Program-made: the position numbers and the translations under genes
Part shown: piece by piece, positions 1 through 13,119 of the stretch
Layout: each line of letters opens with the position of its first letter
How positions within the stretch are numbered: position 1 is the stretch's first letter
The notes under the pieces: generated by a model
The model's database searches: none
Told to the model about the DNA's origin: nothing
Seen by the model: the letters and a program-made list of their open reading frames with translations, nothing else
NCBI GenBank assembly: GCA_038087875.1
Contig: JAXLNO010001226.1
Location: 1 to 64,000 of the forward strand
Source of the DNA: Malacoraja senta
Taxonomy: Eukaryota
Reading direction: 5' to 3'
Length of the DNA: 64,000 nucleotides

Positions 1-1479
1 TGGAGGGTAGCTAATGTAACCCCACTTTTTAAAAAGGGAGGGAGGGAGAGAGAAAATGGGGAATTACAGACCAGTTAGTCTAACATCGGTAGTGGGGAAA
101 CTGCTAGAGTAAGTTATTAAAGATGGGATAGCAGCACATTTGGAAAGTGGTGAAATCATTGGACAAAGTCAACATGGATTTATGAAAGGTAAATCATGTC
201 TGACGAATGTCATAGAATTTTTCGAAGATGTAACTAGTAGAGTGGATAAGGGAGAACCAGTGGATGTGTTATATCTGGACTTTCAGAAGGCTTTCGACAA
301 GGTCCCACATAAGAGATTAGTATGCAAACTTAAAGCACACGGTATTGGGGGTTCAGTATTGATGTGGATAGAGAACTGGCTGGCAGACAGGAAGCAAAGA
401 GTAGGAGTAAACGGGTCCTTTTCAGAATGGCAGGCAGTGACTAGTGGGGTACCGCAAGGCTCAGTGCTGGGACCCCAGCTATTTACAATATATATTAATG
501 AACTGGATGAGGGAATTGAATGCAACATCTCCAAGTTTGCGGATGACACGAAGCTGGGGGGCAGTGTTAGCTGTGAGGACGATGCTAGGAGGCTGCAAGG
601 TGACTTGGATAGGTTGGGTGAGTGGGCAAATGAATGGCAGATGCAGTATAATGTGGATAAATGTGAGGTTATCCACTTTGGTGACAAAAACTGGAAAGTA
701 GACTATTATCTGAATGGTGGCCGATTAGGAAAAGGGGAGATGCAACGAGACCTGGGTGTTATGGTACACCAGTCATTGAAAGTAGGCATGCAGGTGCAGC
801 AGGCAATGAATAAAGCGAATGGTATGTTAACATTCATAGCATTCATAGCAAAAGGATTTGAGTATTGGAGCAGGGAGGTTCTACTGCAGTTGTACAGGAT
901 CTTGGTGAGACCACACCTGGAGAATTGCATACAGTTCTGGTCTCCTAATCTGAGGAAAGACATTCTTGCCATAGAGGGAGAACAGAGAAGGTTCACCAGA
1001 CTGATTCCTGGGATGGCAGGACTTTCATATGAAGAATGACTGGATAGACTTGGCTTGTACTCGCTAGAATTTAGAATATTGAGGGGGGATCTTATAGAAA
1101 CTTACAAAATTCTTAAGGGGTTGGACAGGCTAGATGCAGGAAGATTGTTCCCGATGTTGGGGAAGTCCAGAACAAGGGGTCACACACAGTTTAAGAATAA
1201 GGTGGAAGTCTTTTAGGACCGAGATGTGAAAATCATTTTTTACACAGAGAGTGGTGAATCTGTGGAATTCTCTGCCACAGAAGGTAGTTGAGGCCAGTTC
1301 ATTGGCTATATTTAAGAGGGAGTTAGATGTGGCCCTTGTGGCTAAAGGGATCAGGGGTTATGGAGAGAAGGCAGGTACAGGATACTGAGTTGGATGATCA
1401 GCCATGATCATATTGAATGGCGGTGCAGGCTCGAAAGACCGAATGGCCTACTCCTGCACCTATTGTCTATGTTTCTAAT
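1..1479 (+). mobile_element. CR1 LINE 3' portion (RT and 3' UTR), degraded
   Basis: ORF 140-1039 has RT motifs [10 protein letters not shown] and SKFADDTKL, then LVRPHLE; a stop at about 1037; CR1-type 3' tail ending ctatgtttct. Confidence 0.95.
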
Positions 1480-1510
1480 GTCTCTCTCGCTCGCTCTCTC
1501 TCTCTGTCTA

Positions 1511-1541
<31 letters not shown>

Positions 1542-1854
1542 GTCTCTCTCTCTGTCTCTCTCATTGTCTCTCTCCCTGTCTCTCTCATTGTCTCTCACTC
1601 TGTNNNNNNNNNNNNNNNNNNNNNNNNNNNNNNNNNNNNNNNNNNNNNNNNNNNNNNNNNNNNNNNNNNNNNNNNNNNNNNNNNNNNNNNNNNNNNNNNN
1701 NNNNNNNNNNNNNNNNNNNNNNNNNNNNNNNNNNNNNNNNNNNNNNNNNNNNNNNNNNNNNNNNNNNNNNNNNNNNNNNNNNNNNNNNNNNNNNNNNNNN
1801 NNNNNNNNNNNNNNNNNNNNNNNNNNNNNNNNNNNNNNNNNNNNNNNNNNNNNN
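1480..1854. repeat. (TC)n-rich simple repeat running into an assembly gap (N 1604-1854)
   Basis: Seen directly in the sequence. Confidence 0.95.
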
Positions 1855-2047
1855 GGTGAACATAGACCCATTCCTGCCAACCGTGGGCCTAACTGCAGAT
1901 AGATACATAACGTACTCAACACATAGGACAGGAAAGAGAAATGATCTGCAAATAGAAACACCATTGGCCTGGACAGATATTTATAACGACTCGTTCTTTG
2001 CAAGAACCGCAATGGAATGGAATAAAGGAGACAACAATATCGTCTAA
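1855..2047 (+). mobile_element. C-terminal fragment of a CR1/L2-group (Daphne/Crack-like) LINE ORF2
   Basis: Peptide ...TDIYNDSFFARTAMEWN... matches the xSFFPRTxxxWN terminal motif of CR1/L2-group RTs; second copy at 18775-18967. Confidence 0.55.
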
Positions 2048-2050
2048 ATG

Positions 2051-2245
2051 TTTAAGAAGGAACTGCAGATGCTGGAAAATCGAAGGTAGACACAAAATGC
2101 TGGAGTAACTCAGCGGGTGAGGCAGCATCTATAAGCGAAGGAATAGTTGACGATTCGGGTCGAGACCCTCCTTCAGACTCAAGAACCATTCCTTCGCTCC
2201 ATAGATGCTGCCTCACACGCTGAGTAATCCTCCAGCATTTTTGCC
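2051..2245. mobile_element. Penelope-type terminal-repeat hairpin with degenerate hammerhead core
   Basis: Inverted arms aaatgctggagtaactcagcgggtgaggcagcatct / agatgctgcctcacacgctgagtaatcctccagcattt flank a minus-strand CTGAAGG-AGGGTCTCGACCC-GAAT. Confidence 0.7.
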
Positions 2246-2279
2246 TAACAAGAGTCAAATCATCTTCACTGGACAAGAC

Positions 2280-2905
2280 AACAGGTGCAGGAGGAGGCCA
2301 TTCGGCCCTTCGAGCCAGCACCGCCATTCAATGTGATCATGGCTGATCATCCCCAATCAGTACCCCGTTCCTGCCTTCTCCCCACATCCCCTGACTCCGC
2401 CATCTTTAAGAGCCCTATCTAACTCTCTCTTGAAAAAACATCCAGAGAACCGGCCTCCACCACCCTCTGAGGCAGAGAATTCCACAGACTCACAACTCTC
2501 TGAGAAAAGGTTTCTCCTCGTCTCCGTTCTAAATGGTTTACCCCTTATTCTTAAACTATAGCCCCTGGTTCTGGACTCCTCCCAATATCGGGAACATGTT
2601 TCCTGCCTCTAGTGTGTCCAAGCCCTTAACAATCTTATGTGTTTCAATGAGATTCCCTCTCATCCATCTAAACTCCAGAGTGTACAAGCCCAGCCGCTCC
2701 ATTCTCTCAGCATATGACAGTCCCGCCATCCCGGTAATTAACCTGGTGAACCTGCGCTGGGCTCCCTCAATAGCAAGAATGTCCTTCCTCAAATTTGGAG
2801 ACCAAAACTGCACACAATACTCCAGGTGTGGTCTCACCAGGGCCCTGTACAACTGCAGAAGGACCTCTTTGCTCCTACACTCAACTCCTCTTGTTATGAA
2901 GGCGA
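2280..2905 (-). mobile_element. CR1 3' fragment, ending in 109-bp satellite monomers
   Basis: Minus ORF 2556-2852 [18 protein letters not shown]... Confidence 0.9.
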
Positions 2906-2949
2906 ACAGGCCAAAACTTCACACAATACTCCAGGTGTGGTCTCACCAG

Positions 2950-3268
2950 GGATAGAGGGAGAGAGAGTGGGGCAGAGAGGGAGAGGAAGAGGGGGAGAGA
3001 GAGAGGCATAGAGGGGGAGATAGAGAGGGAGATAGGGAGGGGGAGTGACGCAGAGAGGGGGATAGAGAGAGGCAGAGAGGGGGAGAGAGAGAGGGGGGGA
3101 GAGAGGGGGAATGAGGGGAGAGAGAGGGAGAGGAAGAGTGAGAGAGGGGGGAGAAAGAGGGTGGAGAGAGAGGGGGAGAGAGAGGGGGGTGAGAGAGAGG
3201 AGAGGGGGAATGCGGGGAGAGAGAGAGGGGGGAGAGGGGGAGAGGAGAGAGAGAGAGAGGGGGAGGTA
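2950..3268. repeat. GA-rich polypurine low-complexity tract (another at about 3845-4243)
   Basis: Seen directly in the sequence. Confidence 0.95.
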
Positions 3269-3845
3269 GGTCAGCCATGGTTGCAAGTCCGAGTGGACTC
3301 GGTAAGTTGGCCATATGGAGAGAACTGCCCTGCTGACTACAAATTCAGAAAGGTCCAATTCAGACAATGCCAAGTGTGGGCTAGCAGGAGTGAAATGGGC
3401 CAAAGGGCCTTTCCCGGACGCTCCGGGCTCCCCGCATCCACCTCGTTGTCCCGCAGGGTCGGCTTGGTGACTGTGAGGGAGTTATTGGGGCAAATGGTTT
3501 GGAAATGAGACAGAAACCGGCCTGCAAGGGCCACATTAAGTGTGGATATGTGAGTTATAAAGTGTGGGGAACCACCTGCCAGCACCTGTGCATGCTCTCC
3601 CTGCTGCATTAAAGGGAATGCATGCATCACTGGCTGCATTGCTGCCTCCCCCGCTGCATGGCAGCACTTTTATCTTTACCTGCTCTACACAGCTGCATTC
3701 CCGAGGCGCTTCCGGCGGGAGGGGGGACGCTTTAGGGCGGCGCACCGGCGCTGGCAAAGTGGGACGGCGGGTCTCAGGCGTCCGGGTGGAGGGCGAAACG
3801 CCGAATGTTGGTTCCGGGGTGGTTTTGTTGTTGTTTTTTTGGTGC
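3269..3845. repeat. Unclassified GC-rich sequence, duplicated at about 29030-29650
   Basis: Near-identical sequence gtcagccatggttgcaag...gttttgttgttgttttttt occurs in both places. Confidence 0.75.
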
Positions 3846-4263
3846 ATTGAGGGTGGGATGGAGAGGAAAAGGAGGGGGGGGGGGAGAGAGGGAGAGAGGG
3901 AGGGAGGGAATGAGTGTGAGAGAAAGTTTGGGAGTTTTGAGAAACTTTTGAGAACGTTTTGAAGGGAGAGAGGGAGAGAGGGAAGAGAGGGAGAGAGGGA
4001 AGAGAGGGAGAGAGAGAGGACTGAGGGAGGGAATGAGTGTGAGAGAAAGTTTGGGAGCGTTTTGAGAAAGTTTGGAGAAACATTTGAGAACGTTTTGAGG
4101 GGAGAGAGGGAGAGAGGGAAGAGGGGGAAGAGAGAGAGGGAGAGGGAAGATTGGGAGAGAGGGAGAGAGGGAAGAGAGAGGGAGAGGGAAGATTGGGAGA
4201 GAGGGAGAGAGGGAAGAGAGGGGGAGAGAGAGGGAGAAAGAAGTATTCACCTCTCCCTCCCTC

Positions 4264-4420
4264 TCTGGTCGTGACGATGGCGCAGCGGTAGAGTTGCCAC
4301 CTCACGTCGCCAGAGACCCCGGTTCCATCCCGACCACGGGCGCTGTCTGTACGGAGCTTGCACGTTCTCTCTCCCCTTGACCTGCGTGGGTTTTCTCCGG
4401 GCGCTCCGATTTCCTCCCAC
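4264..4420 (+). mobile_element. tRNA-derived SINE 5' part (HE1-like elasmobranch SINE)
   Basis: A-box-like ggcgcagcggtagag and B-box-like ggttccatccc; paralogue at about 29825-29985; older copies near 37790-38060, 46860-47950, 48470-48750 and 58940-59450. Confidence 0.8.
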
Positions 4421-4499
4421 CAGGGCCGGATTTACGTATGAGCCAGAGAAGCTTAAGCTTAGGGCCTCGAGATCTAGGGGGGCCTCGGTGCGCTCCACC

Positions 4500-4975
4500 A
4501 GGGCAGGGGCAGAAAACCCGGGGGGGCCAGAGGGGACACGTCCCCTCCATGTTTTGAGAGGTGGGGGACATCCCCCCCAAGTTTTTGTAATCCGTATTTT
4601 AAAACCCGGTGAAATCTCCGCTTTCCGCGAGACAGTGGGGGCGGGACTGGAGATCGAGGGAGGGGGCCGATTGGATGAGAGAGACGTCGGTCAGCAGGCA
4701 ATGGGGGCGGGACATGATAACTCAGCACGATGATTGGAGGAGGGAGGGGGGTGGGACTGAGGATAGAGTGCGGTGATTGGTGGAGGGAGTAGTGGGGGGG
4801 TGGGACTGAGGATAGAGTGCGGTGATTGGAGGAGGGAGACGTGGCATAGACCTGCGCTTCATCCGCAGGCAGGATCTATCCCGGCCGGGTATCCGGCGCT
4901 GTCCCGTCCCCACCCGAGTACCACCCCCCCTCCCCCGCGGGAGGCCAGAGAGGTCGGCAGCAGAGATCATCCGCT
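4500..4975 (+). mobile_element. Non-autonomous DNA-transposon-like repeat, related to the element at 15118-15755
   Basis: Shares gaaaacccgggggg...gaggggacacgtcccc...catgttttgagaggtgggggacatcccccc with the inverted copy at about 15420-15755. Confidence 0.55.
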
Positions 4976-5429
4976 ATAGGGAGGTTTCACGGGAGTCGGG
5001 TCACGACCCATGACCCGTACTGTTGCTACGCTGCGCCAAATGGATTACACGCGATGAACTGTAGGTAAGTACGTCTCGTTAACCCCTTCAACCAGCAGTT
5101 GATTCTTATTGAAGTCAAAAGTATCGGTTTAATAATTAGTAGTTAAAATTCCGATATATATATATGTTATAATGAAATATACAGGGTAAAATTGTATTAT
5201 ATATCTGAATGTGAGGCCCCGTTTTAATATTTTAATATGATTAACCAAGAGAGCGGAGCTATTTGTGTAACAACGCAAAGGAAGTCAAAACAAGGTTTTT
5301 TCCCACCTACAGGTGGGACATTCGCTACAGTGCCGACTATATCAGACACTGTATCTTCACTTTTTTAGGTTTTTTTTATCACATAAAATCACTTGTTTGT
5401 GTTTTGTGTTTAGTGATAAGCGTAAAATG

Positions 5430-8400
5430 GACATACCAGCAAAACTTAAAAACTCAAAAGCTCCCCCAATACCTAAAGACCTGGGATATGGATGCACCAC
5501 AAGATTTAAAGGTACTATAATTATTCAAAATGCATGACACCACACAAAAGAACCTAGGAGGAATCTCATTTTGTAGTTGGAATATAAGAGGTATTAACGA
5601 ACCTATTAAAAGGGGTAAGATACTAGCTCAGCTGAAATTGTACAACTCCGACATTACCTTCCTACAAGAAACACACCTAAAATCTCAGGATCAAGTTAGG
5701 TTGAGGGCGAAATGGATAGGTCAAACATACCATTCTTCATTTACTTCAAAATCTAGAGGCACGTCAATCATCATAAGAAAAGGTATACCATTTAAAGCAA
5801 AGAATATCATAACAGATATAGAAGGGAGATACCTAATAGTTAATGGAGAAATCCATGATACTCCACTTACTTTGGTAAATATATATGCACCTAACTTTGA
5901 TAACCCCCACTTTTTCAATAAAATTTTCAACATAATTGCAGAGTCAAACTATCAAAATGTTACAATAGGAGGAGACTTTAACTGTGTTTTAGATCCGTAC
6001 TTAGATAAATCAAGTCAAAAACAGAGAGGGAATATGAAATCGAAAACTGGGGAACTTCTCAATACCTATATAAACAACACTAATATAGCAGATGTTTGGA
6101 GAATTGTTAATCCAACTGGCAGGGAATACTCGTTTTACTCAATGGTACATAAGACATACTCACGTATAGACTACTTTCTGCTGGATACAAAATTAATCCC
6201 CCAAACATCTAATGCAATATACCACACAAACTCGATTTCAGACCATTCTCCACTAACTTTCTTTTTAAAACTGGAAGGATTGTCTAAGAATAAATCGTTT
6301 TGGAGATTTAATTCTCAAATTCTAAAAGATCCACAAGCGAGTATATATTTAAAAGAACAAATGGAGGTCTTTTTTCAAATAAATGATACTCCAGATATAT
6401 CGCCTACTGTATTATGGGAATCTTTTAAAGCATACATTAGGGGTATTATAATTTCATATCAAGCTTTTCAAAATAAAAAGAATAAGTATGAACAAAGACA
6501 GTTAGAAGAACTTATTAGACAAATGGATATAGATAATGCTAAAGATCCATCAATAGATAAACATAATAAAATAATAATTTTGAAATTTAAATTGAATAAA
6601 TTATTATCTGCCAAACTTATAAGACTTTTTCAAATTACAAAACAAGAGCACTTTGAATTTGGGGATAAACCGCATAAACTTTTGGCTCGCCAGCTAAGAA
6701 AACGAGAAAAGGAACATACTATACCAAAGATCAAATCAGATAAAGGGGAATTATTAACAACACCGAAGGATATTAATAAAAGATTTGCGCAATTTTATGA
6801 GAATTTGTATACATCTAAAACGACAATTGATTCCAATAATATCACTAAGTTCTTGGATACCTGTAATCTTCCAAAGTTAGAGCTGAAAGGAACAAGAGGA
6901 ACTGGGTGCACAAATCTCAATTAAGGAATTAGAAGATACAATAAACTCACTAAAGAATGGAAAAACACCAGGTACTGACGGATTTACTAATGAATTTTAT
7001 AAAGGCTTTTATGATAAAATAATACCAAGATTACAAAAAATGTACCAATATGCTTTTAAAAAACGAATACTACCTGATACATTAGCGGAATCAAAGATTA
7101 CATTAATACCTAAGAAAAATAAAGACTTAGAAGAACCTGGTTCATATAGAGCTATAGCATTGTTAAACACAGATCAATAAATATTAGCGAAAACATTAGC
7201 TAGAAGATTAAGTAAATACATTAGTAAATTAATAAACCCAGATCAGACGGGGTTTATCCCTAAGAGATACTCATCTAACAATATGAGACGTCTACTCAAC
7301 ATAATGCACTCACACAAATCTGAAGATCAAGAATTATCAATTATTTCGCTGGATGCTGAAAAAGCATTTGATGAAGTAGAATGGAATTATATGGACAAAG
7401 TATTACAAAAATTTCAACTGGGGGAGAATTTTATTCTATGGATCAAGTTACTATATCACAAACCTACAGCTAGAATACTAACTAATAACATACTATCCTC
7501 GAAATTCCAACTATCAAGGGGAAATAGACAAGGATGCTCATTATCACCACAGCTGTTTGCTCTCATTATTGAACCGCTAGCAGAAAAAATTAGAATACAC
7601 CCTGATATCCATGGATATAATACTAAAGACTCATATAATAAAATATCTTTATACGCGGATGATATATTACTGTACATTACAAAACCTCAAATCACTATAC
7701 CAAATATATTAAATTTAATTGAAGACTTTGGATCTTTTTCTGGATATAGAATAAATTGGAATAAAAGTGAAATTATGTCAATAAAACCGAAAGATTCAAC
7801 ACATCTTTTAAAATTCCCTTTTAAAATAGCCACAGAAAAATTTTAATATTTGGGAATTGAAATTACCAGAACATATCAAGGTATGTTTAGGGCAAATTTT
7901 GCCCCCCTACTTAATAAATTAAACACACTAATTAAATTCTGGAAAATGCTCCCGATGTCTTTAATAGGCCGAATAAACGCAATAAAAATTATCTTTTTAC
8001 CACAAATTTTATACCTATTTCAATCGATTCCTATATACTTACGAAAGAAGTTTTTTAAAAAACTCGACTCAGATATCACTAATTTTATATGGGACTATAA
8101 ATCACATAGAATACAAAAAACTCATCTGAATAAACCTAAAGTATTAGGGGGTTTAGCACTACCTAATTTTATGTATTATTATTGGTCAGTAAATATTAAA
8201 AATATGATTCAACTGATGGATAACTCCGCCCAGCAAGTGGACTGGATTGTAATGGAGAAAGAGGATTGCTCCTCTAGAAACATTGGAGCGATCCTCCTTT
8301 CTCCAATGAATTTGAATAACATAAATTATAATAAGAACCCAATTATTCATAGTACAATCCGAATTTGGAAACAAATAAAACAAAATTTAAAATTAAGAAA

Positions 8401-9698
8401 TGTATCACTTTGATTACCTATAGTCAATAACCCTTCGTTTAATCCTTCTATTATAGATAAAGCTTATACACAATGGGATAGACTAGGAATTAAAACGCTT
8501 GGTAACTTGTATGAAACTGGAAAATTACTTTCATTTCAACAATTTCAAATAAAATATAAACTCAGAAATAATCAATATTTTAAATATTTTCAAATATGCG
8601 ACTATTTGAAAAAATATACAAAAGATCATTATAATAACCCAGTAGATGTATTGGACAAGGCAATGCAGATAAAAGCGGAATCAGCAAACTTAATATCATA
8701 TTTGTATAATATTATCTTAAATGTACAAATACCATCTACGGAGGGTATCAGAAGAGTTAGCTATTAAATTTTCAAAGGAAAGTTGGAATGAATACTTATT
8801 AAACGTGCATAAATGCTCGATTAATGTAAGACACACTCTAATACAATTTAAATAGATTATATTATTCGAAAACTAAAATTCATAAAATTTTCCCAAATGT
8901 ATCATCTATTTGTGATAAATGTCAATCCCAAGAAGCAACTATAGCGCACTCATTCGTTTTCTGTACAAAAATTCAAAAATTTTGGAATGAAATTTTTGAA
9001 ATCTTTACAGTTATTTAAAACAAGACTGATACCCAAAGCAGAATGGATTATCTTCGGTATAACGGAAGATGGTCCAGAACTAAATGTGTTTCAAAAGAAA
9101 CTAATGGACTATGGGTTAATAACTGGAAAAAAGCAAATTCTAAAATTTTGGAAGAAGGCTCCAATACCAACTATAAATATGTGGATTTCAAATATGTTTG
9201 AAACATTACACCTAGAAGAGATAAGACTCCTCCTAGCAGGTAAACCAGATCACTTCCACCTGACGTGGTCTGCATTTATAGAATTATTACAAACATAGGG
9301 TGCAAAAGTACTTTAAAAAAAAATAATTTGAGGTCAGGTCAGGGATGATAGTTGAAGAGTTGGTATGTCCCATTTACGTAATGCTCATAAAAATATTTGT
9401 TTCTCTCTTTTTCCTCTTTCTCTTTCTCTTTCTTTCCTAGGGTCTATTTCTTAACTCTTTTTCTTTTGTTTATAATTTTGCTCTTATAGGGTCTTCGTCC
9501 TTTTTTGTTGTCACATTTCCTACACTTTCACTTTTTCCTTCACTTTCTTCTTTCTTTCAATCTTTTCCTTTTCTAGTGTAAAAAATAAATGGAGTACATT
9601 AATTGTAAGAAGATATAAATGACGAGTACTAATGTATGTGGTTGTAATGTAATGTACTTCTAATAAATAAAAAAAATAAAAAAATAAAAATAAAAAAA
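5430..9698 (+). mobile_element. 5'-truncated L1/Tx1-clade LINE; ORF2 (APE endonuclease + RT) broken by frameshifts and stops; poly(A) tail
   Basis: ORF 5530-6924 has SWNIRGIN, FLQETH, GGDFN, YSRIDYF, SDHSP. 7283-7846 has [23 protein letters not shown]-rich tail at 9660-9698. Confidence 0.95.
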
Positions 9699-9725
9699 CC
9701 CATTGTTTCCAGCGTAGCGGGCCCG

Positions 9726-10376
9726 TTAAAACCTGCCGAAATTGTCAATTTTTGCACTGTAAATAATTATGGAAATCGGGATAAGCGTGGGAGACATTTA
9801 GCCAACTTCAGAATCCCAAAAGTGAGGAGAAATGAAGGTAAAGAGAAGCGAGAGCTGAAGGGACAACAACAGCCAGAATGCTTGGCGAACATTGGCCGTT
9901 TGCTCACTGCATTTCATCAACTAAGGCATTATTTGTGTTTTTTCTTTATTCCTTTGGTATCTAAAAAGTTTCAGAAGGGATAAATCTGTCTGTAAAATTT
10001 CAAAATCGCCCATGATTCTCAAGTGGGTTTTTACATACAAAATGAAAACGCCTCTGAAGCAAATTTTACAGCCAGATTTATCACTTCTGAGACTTTTTAG
10101 ATACCAAAGGAATCAAGAAAAAACACAAATAATGCCTTACTGTTGATGAAATGCAGTGAGCAAAGGCGATAATTCCCGATATTTTCAATCTCGATATCTG
10201 CACGGCCAATGTTCGCCAAGTACTTTAGCTGTTGTTGTCCCTTCAGCTCTCGCTTCTCTTTACCTTCATTTCGCTTCACTTTTGGAATTCTGAAGTAGGA
10301 TAGATGTCTCTCACGGTTACCCCGACTTACACAATTATTTACAGCGCAAAAATTCAACATTTTGGCGTTTTTTAAC
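9726..10376. mobile_element. Foldback (palindromic) non-autonomous DNA transposon segment with THAP-domain remnants
   Basis: Inverted arms at about 9726-10001 and 10060-10376. Minus ORF 10097-10360 reads MLNFCAVNNC...YFRIPKV...YRLCSLHF, the THAP C2CH signature. Confidence 0.7.
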
Positions 10377-10463
10377 AGGTAGGAAAGTACGCGTTTCGTG
10401 TATTAACAACATATACCGGAAGCTGCGATGTCCTCCAGATGGATTGAGTGACTCCGTGCGTCA

Positions 10464-12587
10464 ACATAGAAACATAGAAAATAGGTGCAGCAGTAGGCCA
10501 TTCGGCCCTTTGAGCCTGCACCACCATTCAATATGATATACATAGAAAATAGGTGCAGGAGTAGGCCATTCGGCCCTTCGAGCCTGCACCGCCATTCAAT
10601 ATGATCATGGCTGATCATCCAACTCAGTATCCCGTACCTGCCTTCTCTCCATACCCCCTGATCCCTTTAGCCACAAGGGCCACATCGAACTCCCTCTTAA
10701 ATATAGCCAATGAACTGGCCTCAACTACCCTATGTGGCAGAGAGTTCCAGAGATTCACCACTCTCTGCGTGAAAAAGTTTTTTCTCATCTCGGTCTTAAA
10801 GGATTTCCCCCTTATCCTTACGCTGTGACCCCTTGCCCTGGACTTCCCCAACATCGGGAACAATCTTCCTGCATCTAGCCTGTCCAACCCCATAAGAATT
10901 TTGTACGTTTCTATAAGATCCCCTCTCAATCTCCTAAATTCTAGCGAGTATAAGCCAAGTCTATCCAGTCTTTCTTCATATGAAAGTCCTGACATCCCAG
11001 GAATCAGTCTGGTGAACCTTCTCTGTACTCCCTCTATGGCTATAATGTCTTTCCTCAGATTTGGAGACCAAAACTGTACGCAATACTCCAGGTGTGGTCT
11101 CACCAAGACCCTGTACAACTGCAGTAGAACCTCCCTGCTCATATACTCAAATCCTTTTGCTATGAAAGCTAACATACCATTCGCTTTCTTCACTGCCTGC
11201 TGCACCTGCATGCCTACTTTCAATGACTGGTGTACCATGACACCCAGGTCTCGCTGCATCTCCCCTTTACCTAATCGGCCACCATTTAGATAATAGTCTG
11301 CTTTCCTGTTTTTGCCACCAAAGTGGATAACCTCACATTTATCCACATTATACTGCATCTGCCAAACATTTGCCCACTCACCCAGCCTATCCAAGTCACC
11401 TTACAGTCTCCTAGCATCCTCCTCACAGCTAACACTGCCCCCCAGCTTAGTGTCATCTGCAAACTTGGAGATGTTGCCATCAATTCCCTCATCCAGTTCA
11501 TTAATATAAATTGTAAATAGCTGGGATCCCAGCACTGAGCCTTGCGGTACCCCACTAGTCACTGCCTGCCATTGTGAAAAGGACCCATTTACTCCTACTC
11601 TTTGCTGCCTGTTTGCCAGCCAGTTCTCTATCCACATCAATACTGAACCCCCAATACCGTGTGCTTTAAGTTTGTATACTAATCTCTTATGTGGGACCTT
11701 GTCGAAAGCCTTCTGAAAGTCCAGATACAACACATTCACTGGTTCTCCCCTATTCACTCTAGTAGTTACATCCTCGAAAAATTCTATAAGATTCGGCAGA
11801 CATGATTTACCTTTCGTAAATCCATGCTGACTTTGTCCAATGATTTCACCACTTTCCAAATGTGCTGCTATCCCATCTTTAATAACTGACTCTAGCAGTT
11901 TCCCCACTACCGATGTTAGACTAACTGGTCTGTAATTCCCCGTTTTCTCTCTCCCTCCCTTCTTAAAAAGTGGGGTTATGTTTGCTACCCTCCAATCCTC
12001 AGGAACTACTCCAGAATCTAAAGAGTTTTGAAAAATTATCACTAATGCATCCACTATTTCTGGAGCTACTTCCTTAAGTACTCTGGGATGCAGCCTATCT
12101 GGCCCTGGTGATTTATCGGCCTTTAATCCATTCAATTTACCCAACACCACTTCCCGACTAACCTGGATTTCACTCAGTTCCTCCATCTCCTTTGACCCGC
12201 GGTCCCCTGCTATTTCCGGCAGATTATTTATGTCTTCCTTAGTGAAGACGGAACCAAAGTAGTTATTCAATTGGTCCGCCATATCCTTGTTCCCCATGAT
12301 CAATTCACCAGTTTCTGACTGCAAGGGACCTACATTTGTTTTAACTAATCTCTTTCTCTTCACATATCTATAAAAACTTTTGCAGTCAGTTTTTATGTTC
12401 CCTGACAGTTTTCTTTCATAATCTATTTTCCCCTTTCCTAATTAAGCCCTTTGTCCTCCTCTGCTGGTCTCTGAATATCTCCCAGTCCTCTGGTATGCTG
12501 CTTTTTCTTGCTAATTTGTACGCATCATCTTTTGCTTTGATACTATCCCTGATTTCCCTTGTTATCCACGGATGCACTACCTTCCCT
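10464..12587 (-). mobile_element. CR1 LINE, 5'-truncated, RT frameshifted
   Basis: Minus ORFs 11401-12363 and 10624-11394 carry RT motifs; duplicated 3' tail atagaaa...ataggtgcag. Confidence 0.95.
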
Positions 12588-13118
12588 GACCATCCAACTC
12601 AGTATCCTGTACCTGCTTTCTCTCCATACCTCCTGATCCCTTTAGCCACAAGGGCCACATCTAACTCCCTCTTAAATATAGCCAATGAACTGGCCTCAAC
12701 TACCTTCTGTGGCAGAGAATTCCACAGATTCACCACTCTCTGTGTGAAAAATGTTTTCCTCATCTCGGTCCGAAAAGACTTCCCCCTTATCCTTAAACTG
12801 TTACGCCTTGTTCTGGACTCCCCCAACATCGGGAACAATCTTCCTGCATCTAGCCTGTCCAACCCCTTAAGAATCTTGTAAGTTTCTATAAGATCCCCCC
12901 TCAATCTTCTAAATTCTAGCGAGTACAAGCCGAGTCTATCCAGTCTTTCTTCATATGAAAGTCCTGCCATCCCAGGAATCAGTCTGGTGAACCTTCTCTG
13001 TACTCCCTCTATGGCAAGAATGTATTTCCTCAGATTAGGAGACCAAAACTGTACGCAATACTCCAGGTGTGGTCTCACCAAGACCCTGTACAACTGCAGT
13101 AGAACCTCCCGGCTCCTT
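12588..13118 (-). mobile_element. CR1 3' fragment
   Basis: [20 protein letters not shown]...GTGY part of ORF 12599-13384. Confidence 0.9.
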
Positions 13119-13119
13119 T

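Noticed and set aside
283-996. Recurrent ORFs such as MPPKWITSHLSTLYC..., MDNLTFIHII... and MSIRSPLNLL...
   Set aside because: They are antisense or alternative-frame shadows of CR1 RT, repeated wherever a CR1 copy occurs.
2894-4305. Long Ser/Leu/Pro- or Glu/Arg/Gly-rich ORFs (also at 1394-2047, 17647-18828 and 28615-29248)
   Set aside because: They are translations of (TC)n/(GA)n tracts and N gaps.
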